DNA of 64,000 bases from an uncultured Acidimicrobiales bacterium (lineage in GTDB: Bacteria; Actinomycetota; Acidimicrobiia; Acidimicrobiales; UBA10347): assembly GCA_943788915.1 (NCBI GenBank), contig CALSSD010000005.1, positions 496,001 through 560,000 of the forward strand. The letters are read 5' to 3'. The position numbers and the translations under genes are program-made. Shown piece after piece: positions 49,881 to 59,842 of the stretch (its first letter is position 1; each line of letters starts with the position of its first letter). The notes under the pieces were generated by a model that ran no database searches, had not been told where the DNA came from, and saw only the letters and a program-made list of their open reading frames with translations.

Positions 49881-50829
49881 GGGTGATGGTGCGATGATGT
49901 TCTCCGAAGGAGCGAGCGTCGGGCCCGAGCACGGCTATCGACCACAGCCGATAGTCCAGTGCAGGACCGCCCACGACGGTTCCTCGCTCAGACAACGCCA
50001 CGGTCAACTTCGCGCCGGCGTACACCGTTGCCCATCGAATCGCATGTTCTGCGTGTGAGTCTGCGGGCACGATCAGTCGGCCATCAATGTGTTCGGCCAG
50101 GGCAAGTTCGTAATTCATAATGCCGTAGTGCCGAAACACCCGGGGCAACATGTAGTCGGGGTACACCGGGAAACTGTCGTAGCCAGAAAATCCTGCGTCG
50201 CCCCACCCAACACCGGCTGCCATGATCGCTGCAGCGAGATGAGCAAGCTTGTCGAAGTGAGCGATACCAGCGTCGGTTGTTGGCCGGTCAACGAACGCCG
50301 GGATCGTGTCGATGAGCAGCCGAACGATCTCACTGCCATCACGGCCAGCTTCCTCGACGAGATGTCGGGCACTTCCATCCCAACGTTGTTGCAGTGTCGC
50401 CGCCGTGTGGCGGAGCGTTTGCACTCGTTCAGGGATGAGCTGCAACACGCCTCGACCAGCAAAGAATGCAGCGCCTTCGGCATCGGACAGGTTCGCGAAC
50501 CAATCGAGGTCGATCCCGTTCGCACCAAGTGTTCTGGTGAAGCAGGTAAAGATCCCCGGCGCGTCGTCGAGCCATTCGCCGTCGTGTTCAGCGTGCCAGA
50601 CGGCTTCGCCTTCGGGCGGCCACAGACAGGCCATCACCGATACGCCAAGCGTCACGTAATCGAACCACCATTGGTCGACCCGGTTAGTTGGTGTGCCCGG
50701 GTAGTCGAACTCGGGCAGCGGGAACTCGGTGCCTGCCCAGAGGTCGGCAAGCACTTCGATGGCGGCCAGATCAACGGTTACTCCCCACTCTGCAGGGGGC
50801 GGGGTGTTTTGTAGGTCGACAACCATCAT
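49870..50829 (-). CDS. Queuosine salvage protein family (Qng1/DUF2419) nucleotide N-glycosylase/hydrolase
   Basis: ER...L, F.D, FDKLAHL, PDYMLPRVFRHYGIM.Y, EHAIR, LDYRLW, HHRTIT..Y. Confidence 0.8.
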   Translation of the reverse strand: MMVVDLQNTPPPAEWGVTVDLAAIEVLADLWAGTEFPLPEFDYPGTPTNRVDQWWFDYVTLGVSVMACLWPPEGEAVWHAEHDGEWLDDAPGIFTCFTRTLGANGIDLDWFANLSDAEGAAFFAGRGVLQLIPERVQTLRHTAATLQQRWDGSARHLVEEAGRDGSEIVRLLIDTIPAFVDRPTTDAGIAHFDKLAHLAAAIMAAGVGWGDAGFSGYDSFPVYPDYMLPRVFRHYGIMNYELALAEHIDGRLIVPADSHAEHAIRWATVYAGAKLTVALSERGTVVGGPALDYRLWSIAVLGPDARSFGEHHRTITQVY

Positions 50830-52165
50830 GCGAACAGCGATTCGCCGAGCCAGCCGCCTTGGGCCGGTCCAGGAAGGACAAAGAAGATACCGCCACCGAT
50901 GGGTTTCACATAGTCCTCGAGCGGCTCGCCATCAAGACGGGTTTGCACCTCGAGGAAACCAGTACTCAGCGCCCGCTGGTAACAAAGAAACAGCAGTCCC
51001 TGATCAAGTGTGCCGTCTCGGTCTGCACCATTCAGATAACTGAACCCACGGCGGAGGATGCGGCCGGTACCGGGTGTTCGGGGGTTAGCCAGCCGCATAT
51101 GGGCACGCCGAGGGATGGCGTCGTCGTTTGGATTCGACACGAACGTCGGCTGATCTCCTTCGGCCTGTTGGCCAAGTGGAGCGCCGGTGTCGCGGTGGCG
51201 ACCAAAGATCTGTTCCTGACGCACGAGCGCTGCGGTTGCCCAGAACTCGATGAGCATGCGAATGATGCGCGCCGCTTGATAGGTGCCGCCGACAGCCCAC
51301 TCCGGCTCGTCATCGCCGGGCTGGACCCACACGAACTCGCGCATAACGTCTACGTCAGCTGGGTCGAGGTTCGATGTTCCGTCGCGAAATCCCAATAGAT
51401 TCCGCGTGCGCGCGACCTGCCCTGGCCGTTCGGGCAGCAGCTGGTTGTAGCCCTCCTGCACCCACCGGAGCCGTAGCTGACGACCTGTTACTCGCGCGAT
51501 CTGATGGAGTGCAAAGACCGCAGTTTGCTGATCGGGTGCCGTGATGGTGACCGAAAGATCACCGCCGGACAGTTCGTCACGCACAAGCCGGTCATTAAAG
51601 AACCGGGGCATGGGGACGAGTTCTCGAGGCCGCTGATCGCTCAGGCCAAAACGATCGTCGAACAGGCTGGATCCAACCGCAAGCGTGACCGACACCCCGG
51701 TGGTACCCGTTAACTCATCGACGACGCCGGAATCGGCAGGCGGCAGAAACTCGTCGACCGGTTCGATCGCCTGGTTACTCATGAGCCGTTCGACCTCGGT
51801 CGACAGGGCTTCCATGGCGCCAACCAGCGCAGCGCGGTCAGCAGTAATGACGTCGAACGATGCGACCAGTCCAGCAGGTGCTGGCGCAAGCAACACACCA
51901 CCTTGATGGTCACCAAAGAAGCTCACCGGGGTGAGTGATGCTGTCGGCTGCAGTGACGCGAGCTCACCGTTCGCTGTCTCGGTCGGTGCTTGTCTCCGGT
52001 CGGTGCTGTCTCGGCCCCGGCCACCTGGGCTACGTCGCTTCCCGAGCAGGCTGTGGCCAGTCCTGCGACTGCTGCAGCGCCAGCCCCAGCAAGAAAGGCT
52101 CGACGGGAGCCGACCGCAGGCTGTGGCTCGTTGTCTGCAGATGGGTCCGTCGGCACAACGTCCAT
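50826..52165 (-). pseudogene. Tat-exported DyP-type peroxidase (EfeB-like), apparently frameshifted at about 51985-52000
   Basis: SRRAFL Tat motif and LATAC in ORF 51923-52321 (RBS GGAGGG before ATG 52165). HQGG, RNLLGFRDGTSN, AHMRLANPR, ILRRGFSY, GLLFLCYQ in ORF 50826-51926. Confidence 0.85.
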
Positions 52166-52220
52166 TGTGGTCCCTCCTGCCACCTCTGCCGCATCACCCA
52201 ACCACGGTTTCGCCACAGTT

Positions 52221-52257
52221 TCTCGGCCCGGTGTGTCTAGGCCCGGTGTTTCTAGGC
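52221..52257. repeat. 15-bp tandem duplication containing the LLM stop codon
   Basis: TCTCGGCCCGGTGTG TCTAGGCCCGGTGTT TCTAGGC. Confidence 0.8.
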
Positions 52258-53157
52258 GAACGCGGGAAGAATCGACTCGCCGATAAGCCGGGTGTTTGCT
52301 TCGACATAGTCGGGTGGACAACCTTGGGCGAAGATGACCGTCTCGGCTCCGGCCTGGCGGTAGGCGTTGATCTGCTCGATGCAGTCGTCGGGTGATCCCG
52401 AGATCGTGTACTTACTGACCAACTTGGTGAAGTCCTGGTTGTACTGCTTGCTCAACTGCTCGTTCGCCATCTCGAGAGCCCGATCGCGGCTCTCGTGCAC
52501 ACAGGTGAAGATGTACAGGCCACCCTGCACCGCGTCGGCCGGGCGGCCCGCTTCGACGCTGTAGTCGGCAATCTTGCTCATCGAGTCGGCCAGCATGTCA
52601 GGTGTGTACATGTACGGCATCCAGCCATCGCCGTATTTGGCGACCCGCTTCATTGCCACATCCTTGCGGCCCGCAACCCAGATCGGCACACGTGGCTTCT
52701 GGATCGGGCTGGGCGAGATCGTGATGTCGTTCAAGGTGGTGAACCGACCATCGAAGCTCACGTTCTTCTCGGTGAGCAACAGGTTGATCACCTCGAGTGC
52801 TTCGTTGGTGCGAGCACCCCGCTCCTCAACCGGCACACCGACCGCTTCGAACTCACGTGGATTTTCACCACCCACACCGATTCCCAACGAGAACCGCCCA
52901 CCGGAGACAACGTCGAGCATGGAGACCTGTTTGGCCAGCAGCGCTGGCGGGTAGAGCGGCACCAGCACGATGCCGCTGAGCAGCTTGATCCGTTCGGTCG
53001 CCCCGGCGGCTGCTGCAAGCGCCACGATATTGTTCGCCGTCGGCACATAGAAGCTGATGTGCTCGCCAGTCGACAGGTAGTCGAAACCCAGGTCCTCGGC
53101 CATACGGGCCTCAGCCTTGGCATCGTGTAACAGCTTCAGTGCAATCCCAAACTCCAT
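52252..53157 (-). CDS. LLM-class flavin/F420-dependent oxidoreductase
   Basis: GFDYLSTGEH, LAKQVSMLDVVSGGRF.LGIGVGGE, PSPIQKP..PIWVAG, GDGW.P. Confidence 0.9.
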   Translation of the reverse strand: MEFGIALKLLHDAKAEARMAEDLGFDYLSTGEHISFYVPTANNIVALAAAAGATERIKLLSGIVLVPLYPPALLAKQVSMLDVVSGGRFSLGIGVGGENPREFEAVGVPVEERGARTNEALEVINLLLTEKNVSFDGRFTTLNDITISPSPIQKPRVPIWVAGRKDVAMKRVAKYGDGWMPYMYTPDMLADSMSKIADYSVEAGRPADAVQGGLYIFTCVHESRDRALEMANEQLSKQYNQDFTKLVSKYTISGSPDDCIEQINAYRQAGAETVIFAQGCPPDYVEANTRLIGESILPAFA

Positions 53158-53202
53158 GCCACGAACTTAACGCTGCCTGGGGTGTGGGGATAACTTCGCG
53201 AT

Positions 53203-53799
53203 ATGAGTCGACCCATTTCGATCCACCATCGCAGTTACGAAACCGAGGCCTTCGACGAAGGCAACGGCACCATGAGGCTCGTCGGCCGACTGGTCGATAC
53301 CAAACCGCAGGGCTTGGGGATGGCCGACGGTGAACCGCTGGTCATTCACGACATGATTGTGGAGATGATCGTTGCCGGCGACACCTTCGAGATCCTGGAC
53401 ATCACGACCACCATGCAGGTACGCCCTTATGGCCAATGCACCCAGGTGTTGGACTCGTACCAACAACTCGTGGGAGTGTCGATCGCTCGGGGGTACAGCC
53501 GCAAGGTCAAGGAGCTCTTCGGCGGACCCATGGGGTGTTCTCACGTCGGCGCTTTGCTCATTGCGCTCGCACCGGTGGCGGTGCAGGCAAGTTGGGGCCT
53601 GGCCCGACTCCACGATGACCCTGCCGTGTGGTCAGGAGCCGAACGCGACGAAGCTGATGCCGAGCGGCGGACCAGGCTCAACACGAATACGTGCCATGTC
53701 TGGAGCGCAGACGGCGAACAGATCGCTCGCCTCAACCGGGGCGAGGAAGCCGAACGTCCGGAATGGGAAGCAGTCCGGTTGACGAAGTTAGGCCTCTAG
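53203..53799 (+). CDS. DUF2889 domain protein
   Basis: IHHR, L.D.K, IHDM, PYGQC, GGPMGCSH, NTCHVW. Confidence 0.8.
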   Translation: MSRPISIHHRSYETEAFDEGNGTMRLVGRLVDTKPQGLGMADGEPLVIHDMIVEMIVAGDTFEILDITTTMQVRPYGQCTQVLDSYQQLVGVSIARGYSRKVKELFGGPMGCSHVGALLIALAPVAVQASWGLARLHDDPAVWSGAERDEADAERRTRLNTNTCHVWSADGEQIARLNRGEEAERPEWEAVRLTKLGL

Positions 53800-54744
53800 C
53801 GGAAACGTGTGGGCGAAGGCTGCGAACCCACCGCCGGTGTGCCAGAACACTACCTTGTCGGTTGCGGCGAAGCGTCCTCGATCGATCTCACGCTTGAGGG
53901 CATAGAGGGCCTTACCCGTATACGTCGGATCCCAGATGAGGCCGGTCAGCCGAGTCGCCTCCATCTGCACATGGAGCTCCTCGTCGGTCGTCTTGCCATA
54001 ACCGAGACCCACGTAGTCGTCGATCACCTCGAACGGTGCGTCGGCACCGCCGGCTTCGGCCAGAAGCGCACTGACGTGGTCCCCTAACTCGGCTTCGCTC
54101 TCGCCAACCGAGGCGCCAACGACCGTCATGTCGAATCCGTTGCGGGCAACACCCAACGCGAGGCCAGCTGTGGTGCCTGCCGACGAACTTGCATGCCAGA
54201 TGGTGACCGGGCCGTCGATCTGTTCACTCAACTCGACCAACGCATTGTCGAACGCAGCCACGCCGAGCCGGTCTGACGCGCCAGCAGGCATAGTCCATGC
54301 CTGTTCACCAACGGCTGCAAGTTCGGCTGCAACCTCGACCATAAGCGCCTCGCGATCATGCCATTGCCGTGGGGTGATGAACCTGACTTCGGCGCCAGCA
54401 AGCCGCTGCAACAGGTGGTTTCCCTCGACCCGTTCCGGGGGGCCACCGTCTCGTGACCGCAACAGCAGCACACACTTCATGCCGGTCTTGGCAGCAGCGA
54501 TCGCTGTCGCCCGGCAGTGATTTGACTGCACCGCTCCACACGTGACAAGTGTGGTCGCACCGGCGGCCTTGGCAGCAGCCACGTGGTATTCGAGCTTGCG
54601 GACCTTGTTTCCCGACAGTCCAAAACCGGTCAGATCATCACGTTTGATCCAGATCTGGGGGCCACCCCACGCCTCGGTCAGACGATCAGCGAAGTCGAGC
54701 GGCGTTGGCAGCTGCGCCAACGGAAAACGTTCGTAGGTCATCAC
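53788..54744 (-). CDS. D-cysteine desulfhydrase / ACC deaminase family PLP enzyme
   Basis: LPTPL, IKRDDLTG..LSGNKVRKLE, QSNHCR, SSAGT.AG, DPTYTGKA, FWHTGG. Confidence 0.92.
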   Translation of the reverse strand: MMTYERFPLAQLPTPLDFADRLTEAWGGPQIWIKRDDLTGFGLSGNKVRKLEYHVAAAKAAGATTLVTCGAVQSNHCRATAIAAAKTGMKCVLLLRSRDGGPPERVEGNHLLQRLAGAEVRFITPRQWHDREALMVEVAAELAAVGEQAWTMPAGASDRLGVAAFDNALVELSEQIDGPVTIWHASSSAGTTAGLALGVARNGFDMTVVGASVGESEAELGDHVSALLAEAGGADAPFEVIDDYVGLGYGKTTDEELHVQMEATRLTGLIWDPTYTGKALYALKREIDRGRFAATDKVVFWHTGGGFAAFAHTFPLEA

Positions 54745-54825
54745 ACCAGTATTGCCGCACCGTTCTCACCCATCGCGCCGACACGCATATTTGCCGACGA
54801 GCCACCATGGCCTACCGTCGTCGGT

Positions 54826-56160
54826 ATGACTCTGAACGCTCTCGACCGAGAGGCACCCCATCCCGGTTATTGGCCATCCCCATGGCCAGTTGAATGTGGA
54901 GGCAACCAACGACAGAAGGCCTCGCCAGGACGGCTTGATGCTGCCACCGGTACCGCGTCGATCACCACCGTCAACAATGGTCGATGGAATGTGATGGTGA
55001 TCGAGCGCGACCCCGGCGAATGGTTCGTCGGAGGCACGATGGCGGCATTCAGCGGGCCTCCCCCGTTTGGTTGGGTGCAGCGCATCGACCCCGAGACACT
55101 TGAGCCAGTTGCGACATCGCCCGAACTGCCGTGCGGCGAACATGTGTGGTGTGGCGCAATCCTGGCGCACGCGAACGGGTCGATCCATTCGATCAACGGC
55201 AGTTACCTGCATCGGCTTGACCCGAACGACTTGAGCATCGTGGCCGAGATGGCCTTGCCTGCCGACCGGGCCCATAATGGATTGTTGTCGTTGAGCGACG
55301 GGTCGCTGGTCACCAAGGATCTGCGTTTGGAGGGCCAGGGCGGCACCACGATCACCCGCCTCGACCCGGACACGTTGGAGATTCGCGACGCGCTCCTCCT
55401 ACCCGAAGGTTCGATGGGACGCATCGCTGCTGAGCGCACCGCTACCGGTGACCGGGTGTACGTTCCCGGCACCGAACACCTGTGGCGCATCGACGTAACT
55501 CCCGATGGCATGGCCGTCGACGAGTGGCAGCCTCGTTACCGAACCGCTGGCGACCACTGGGGTCTGGCGTGGGATTCCTGCTTGTCCGACGACGCAGCCT
55601 GGATCATGGACTGCGGCGACATTGAGTCGGTGCGCATGATCCACAACGTCGAGCCAAATGGCCGGTACCCCGAACCCCCAGGCCGAGCGATGTCATGGCG
55701 GCGCGATGCGCCATGGCCCGGTGCCCAGAGACTCCTACGGATATCGCTTCAAGACCCGCACGATGTCGTGTCAATTGAACCGTTCGGTACGCCCGGCGGC
55801 GGCATCATCGCTCCCCCGGTGCATGTGCCCGAACATCAGATGGCGATTGCGTGGGACTCGATAAACGGCGGGCTGGCTGGTGTCAGCACAGCCGGCGGCG
55901 AACTCAACGTTGCCTGGCAACTCGACGCTCGGGCATCAATGCAACCAATCGTGTTTCCCGATTCAGGTGAACTCGTAATCAATGACTTCACCGCCGATGG
56001 CTCCGACGATCTCATCGTGGTCGACATCGCCAGTGGCGCGTTGATCGACCGTGTCTCGACCGGATCACGCATCGCAAACGGCATGTTCCTCACCGCCGGC
56101 GGCGCCCGTGACGTCTTCTACTGTTCGACCCTGTACCTCAGCCGTATCACCTGGTCCTGA
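54826..56160 (+). CDS. Conserved hypothetical protein, probable beta-propeller
   Basis: Long ORF with typical codon usage and repeated beta-strand motifs (RIDPETLE, RLDPNDLS, RLDPDTLE); no signal peptide seen. Confidence 0.65.
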   Translation: MTLNALDREAPHPGYWPSPWPVECGGNQRQKASPGRLDAATGTASITTVNNGRWNVMVIERDPGEWFVGGTMAAFSGPPPFGWVQRIDPETLEPVATSPELPCGEHVWCGAILAHANGSIHSINGSYLHRLDPNDLSIVAEMALPADRAHNGLLSLSDGSLVTKDLRLEGQGGTTITRLDPDTLEIRDALLLPEGSMGRIAAERTATGDRVYVPGTEHLWRIDVTPDGMAVDEWQPRYRTAGDHWGLAWDSCLSDDAAWIMDCGDIESVRMIHNVEPNGRYPEPPGRAMSWRRDAPWPGAQRLLRISLQDPHDVVSIEPFGTPGGGIIAPPVHVPEHQMAIAWDSINGGLAGVSTAGGELNVAWQLDARASMQPIVFPDSGELVINDFTADGSDDLIVVDIASGALIDRVSTGSRIANGMFLTAGGARDVFYCSTLYLSRITWS

Positions 56161-56840
56161 GCAGCAACGGCTGGACGCAAGCAAGCACGACCCCGGCAGC
56201 CTTGGACGCCGACGGACACCCGTTTGTGTTCGGCAAGCTCGCGACGCGCTTCACCTATCACGGTGACCGCGGTGCGAAGGAAGAGTGCCGCGATTGCAAC
56301 ACCGACGATCACATCTGGCCATTTGCTGTTCAACAGTGCGACCAAAGCTGCTGCACCCAGGACCGCCGTGTTGGCGACCAGGTCGTTGCGTGAACACAAC
56401 CAGGTGGATCGCATATTGAGATCATCGCTTCGGTGACTCCACAGCAGATAGAAACACCACGAATTACCCGCGAGCGCCAACATGCCCATGACGCCCATTG
56501 CGGACGCATCAACTTCGGCACTACCGCCAAGTTTCCATGCCGCCTGGCCAAGCACGAAGATGCCAAACGCCGCCTGGACAAGACCCTTGCTCAGTGCAGC
56601 CCGTGCTCGCCACCGGGTTCCGCGGTGCAGTACCCACAGACTGAAGGCGTAGACAAGTGCATCGCCCAGCATGTCCAACGAGTCCGCCAGCAGCGCGGTT
56701 GAATGTGCGGCCCAACCAACAACGAACTCCGCGACAAAAAGCACGGCGTTCACCGCAAGAACGATCCACAACACCCGTGCTTGCTTCTCTCGCAGCCCGA
56801 CGAGTTCGTCGGACTTACCCTCGCAGCACGAATCGGCCAT
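56118..56840 (-). CDS. Cation diffusion facilitator family transporter (short form)
   Basis: N-terminal SCC, STALLADSLDMLGDA, DLNMRS.WLCSRND, WPD. Confidence 0.88.
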   Translation of the reverse strand: MADSCCEGKSDELVGLREKQARVLWIVLAVNAVLFVAEFVVGWAAHSTALLADSLDMLGDALVYAFSLWVLHRGTRWRARAALSKGLVQAAFGIFVLGQAAWKLGGSAEVDASAMGVMGMLALAGNSWCFYLLWSHRSDDLNMRSTWLCSRNDLVANTAVLGAAALVALLNSKWPDVIVGVAIAALFLRTAVTVIGEARRELAEHKRVSVGVQGCRGRACLRPAVAAQDQVIRLRYRVEQ

Positions 56841-56879
56841 GCACACACCGTACTGTGTCGACCGAACCGCCCCGGCTGG

Positions 56880-58841
56880 TTAGCCCCAGACGAGAAGCTC
56901 ACCGATCTCGTTGATGAGGGCCTCGTCGGTTTCGGCGCTTGGGTTCGCGTCCCACTGGCCTTCGAAGAGAACCCCGACCTTCGTATCGGAGTTAAATGCC
57001 CCGACGACCAATGCGATGTTGTCGGTGCCGCAACGAAAGCGCCGTGCGAAAGTCGCAAGTTCCCCAGTAACCGAGGTGGACTGGTCGTCGAGATCACACG
57101 AGCTGTCATTCGCTGCCGCGGTCGCATCGACGCGAGCAACCACGTCGGCTTCCGACGACGCTTCGATCAGTGTGATCAGGACCCCATCGGTATCCCACGT
57201 GTCGTTGAACGCGGAGATGCTCGGTGCAGCAACCATCGACGCGGGATCATCACCGCCGATCTCCTCGTACTCCCACCCAGCTGGCAGCGACGGAATCAAC
57301 CGGCCAGACGAGTGGGAGACCTCGGTCAGATCACCTTCGGCGCCGGGCACGATGCCTGCGACCGTACTAGTGAGCACTTCGGTGATAGTGGGCAGGTCAG
57401 TAGCCAATCGAGTCGTGATCGCATCAGGCAAAAGGGCTGCGTTCGTCATGAACTCGAACGAGTAGTACGACTGGTTCGATCCGTCGAGTTCCATCATCAT
57501 GATGTTCGACTGCACGCCAAGCCGGTCCGATTGGAAGTAGATCACATTGCCATCGCCGCTGAAGAACGGCCACGCTTCAGCGGCGGGATGGTTGGTGAGA
57601 TTCTGCTGGTCAGAACCATCACTGTTCATGATCCAGATATCGTCGTTCCCAGAGCGGTCCGAAGCAAAGACGATCTTCGCGCCATCAGGCGACACTGCAG
57701 ACTCGAAGTCGCCAGCAGGATCCGTGGTGAGCTGGCGCTTGTTGCTGCCATCGACATTCATACTCCAAATATCGCCAGCCGAGTGGTACACAATCTGTGA
57801 CTGGTCGGGGGTCAAGGTCGGCCAGTGATCATCGCCTGGAGCATCGGTCAGCCTTAACGGCTCCTGACCGGTTCGGCTCTGGTAAAGGTCCCAATCATCG
57901 GCCTTGGTTTCGCGACCGGCGAACACGAACGCGGGGATATCAAGGACGAACAGTGGGCTCGCAAGTTCCCATCCTTCGAGTCCGGTCTCGAGTTGTGTCA
58001 CGGCACCGGTGTCGAAGTTGTAGTCATAGGTCCGGCTGCCGTCGCCTTCGCTGTCCTGGAGTGGTGACCCGAAGAGAAAACCGGCAGTGAGGACACTTGG
58101 CGACAGATTCGGCAGCTCGAATTCACCGCCGGTCAGCGGATAGAGCTTGCTTCTTTGGAATGAGAAGAACAGATCGCGTTGCACCCCAACCGTGGCCCGG
58201 GCAACCACGCCTTCGTCAGACACCAGCGTGCCACCGGCAGCCGTCCCTACCTTGAACGGGTTCTCGTTTCGCAGACCTGCCTCGGCAGTGCAGAGAAACG
58301 TGCGATCGCCAGCAACCCAATCGACTTCACGTGGCGTCCATACTCTTGTGCCGAACGGCAAGACGTCCCATGGTGCGCCGCCAAACTCGATCGTTGCCGG
58401 AGCACAAGAAGTGCTGAACAACGAATCGGTGAAGTCGACACCGAAGCGGTGTGGCGCGTCAAGGCCGTCGCCGGTTTCACCGACGTAAAAGACCTCGTAC
58501 TCATGTTCGGCGTTGCAGTCGACTGGGCTTGTCGGCGTATCTTCGCCGTCGACGGTGCCAGCGTTGTTGAAACAGTCGCCGACCCGGAAGCCGTCCAACA
58601 ACGACAACGGCTGATCGGCCGCCGTGGGTTCCGCCGTCGGCGGGACAGGCGTTGCTGTGGGCTCGGCGGCAGTAACAGCAGTGGGCACGGGTGGGGCAGG
58701 TGGTTCGGCCTGGTTGAGCGTAGGTTCCTCTACCTGTTGCCCGGCGCTGCCGGCCGAGTCTTCGATCAGGGTGGCTGTGCCACCGCCGCACGACGTCGCC
58801 ACCAGCGCGCTGGCCACGAGTACCCACAAGTGCCGCTTCAT
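56880..58841 (-). CDS. Lipoprotein with septum-formation domain, TolB-like (PD40) repeats and a C-terminal domain
   Basis: Lipobox VATSC; GDCF..VDC..EH.YEV..C..W..GDR...C; PTLTPD, AVSPDG.KIVFASDRSGN.DIW.MN.DGS, PFFSGDG. Confidence 0.8.
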   Translation of the reverse strand: MKRHLWVLVASALVATSCGGGTATLIEDSAGSAGQQVEEPTLNQAEPPAPPVPTAVTAAEPTATPVPPTAEPTAADQPLSLLDGFRVGDCFNNAGTVDGEDTPTSPVDCNAEHEYEVFYVGETGDGLDAPHRFGVDFTDSLFSTSCAPATIEFGGAPWDVLPFGTRVWTPREVDWVAGDRTFLCTAEAGLRNENPFKVGTAAGGTLVSDEGVVARATVGVQRDLFFSFQRSKLYPLTGGEFELPNLSPSVLTAGFLFGSPLQDSEGDGSRTYDYNFDTGAVTQLETGLEGWELASPLFVLDIPAFVFAGRETKADDWDLYQSRTGQEPLRLTDAPGDDHWPTLTPDQSQIVYHSAGDIWSMNVDGSNKRQLTTDPAGDFESAVSPDGAKIVFASDRSGNDDIWIMNSDGSDQQNLTNHPAAEAWPFFSGDGNVIYFQSDRLGVQSNIMMMELDGSNQSYYSFEFMTNAALLPDAITTRLATDLPTITEVLTSTVAGIVPGAEGDLTEVSHSSGRLIPSLPAGWEYEEIGGDDPASMVAAPSISAFNDTWDTDGVLITLIEASSEADVVARVDATAAANDSSCDLDDQSTSVTGELATFARRFRCGTDNIALVVGAFNSDTKVGVLFEGQWDANPSAETDEALINEIGELLVWG

Positions 58842-58930
58842 TCCACTCTCCCGTGAGCTGGCCGCGCTCGCGCGGGCGTCCATCGACCTCGGTCCGTCAA
58901 CCTAGACAGCCGGTATGCCAATTCGTTACA

Positions 58931-59800
58931 TCAGCTCACGAGATCGAGGTCGAAGAGTTCCTTGAATCGAGCGGCATAGTCTGCGTCGCTCTCGATTGCG
59001 CCGAGTGCCACCCAGTCCTCATCGCTGATCTTGGCTTTTCCCGCCACCAGTTCAGAACCACCCCAGCCGCAGGTGTACCGAAGTTTTGGTGTCTCATCGG
59101 TTGCGGCTTGGTAAATGACTTCAGCGACTTCAGACGGCTGACCTGGCGTTGCCAGGCCGGTCGTGTAGAAGTTGAACATGCGCTGATAGGCCCGGTCATA
59201 GGCCCCGCTGGCGTTGGGCGCAGCGGTGTTCTTGGCCATGATCGCGGTCTTCACGATGCCTGGCTCGATGAGTGCGACCCGGATGCCATGGGACACAACT
59301 TCTTGGGCGAGTCCTTCGGTCAGTCCTTCGAGTGCCCACTTCGATGCAACGTAGGGCGACTGTGCGAGCGCAGCGATCACACCAGCGATCGATGAGACAT
59401 TGATGATGCATCCGGTACCCCGTTCACGCATGTGTGGCAGTACCGCCTGCACGCCCCGGATCACGCCGTAGAGGTTGACGTCCATGACGTCTTTGTATTC
59501 GTCGATCGACGTCTCTTCGCACACACCGTTACCGCCAATGCCCGCGTTGTTCACCAGCACGTCGATGTGGCCGGCGGCGGCGATGACCTCGGCCACGGCA
59601 CGGTTCACCGATTCGGTGTCGGTCACATCGCAGATGACCGGGTGCACTTCGACCCCGGCCTCGGCACACATGGCCGCGAGCTTCTCGCCTTTTTCCGAGC
59701 TACGCATCGATCCGTAGACCGTCCACCCCTTTGCAGCTAGATCTACAGCGGCGCTGCGTCCGATTCCCGAGTTGGCGCCAGTGATAAGTGCAACAGTCAT
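58931..59800 (-). CDS. Short-chain dehydrogenase/reductase
   Basis: TGANSGIG, NNAG, YVASK, IEPG. Confidence 0.93.
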   Translation of the reverse strand: MTVALITGANSGIGRSAAVDLAAKGWTVYGSMRSSEKGEKLAAMCAEAGVEVHPVICDVTDTESVNRAVAEVIAAAGHIDVLVNNAGIGGNGVCEETSIDEYKDVMDVNLYGVIRGVQAVLPHMRERGTGCIINVSSIAGVIAALAQSPYVASKWALEGLTEGLAQEVVSHGIRVALIEPGIVKTAIMAKNTAAPNASGAYDRAYQRMFNFYTTGLATPGQPSEVAEVIYQAATDETPKLRYTCGWGGSELVAGKAKISDEDWVALGAIESDADYAARFKELFDLDLVS

Positions 59801-59842
59801 GGCACGAAGTTACCGGACCAGGCGTCAGTCCACGAACGTTCG

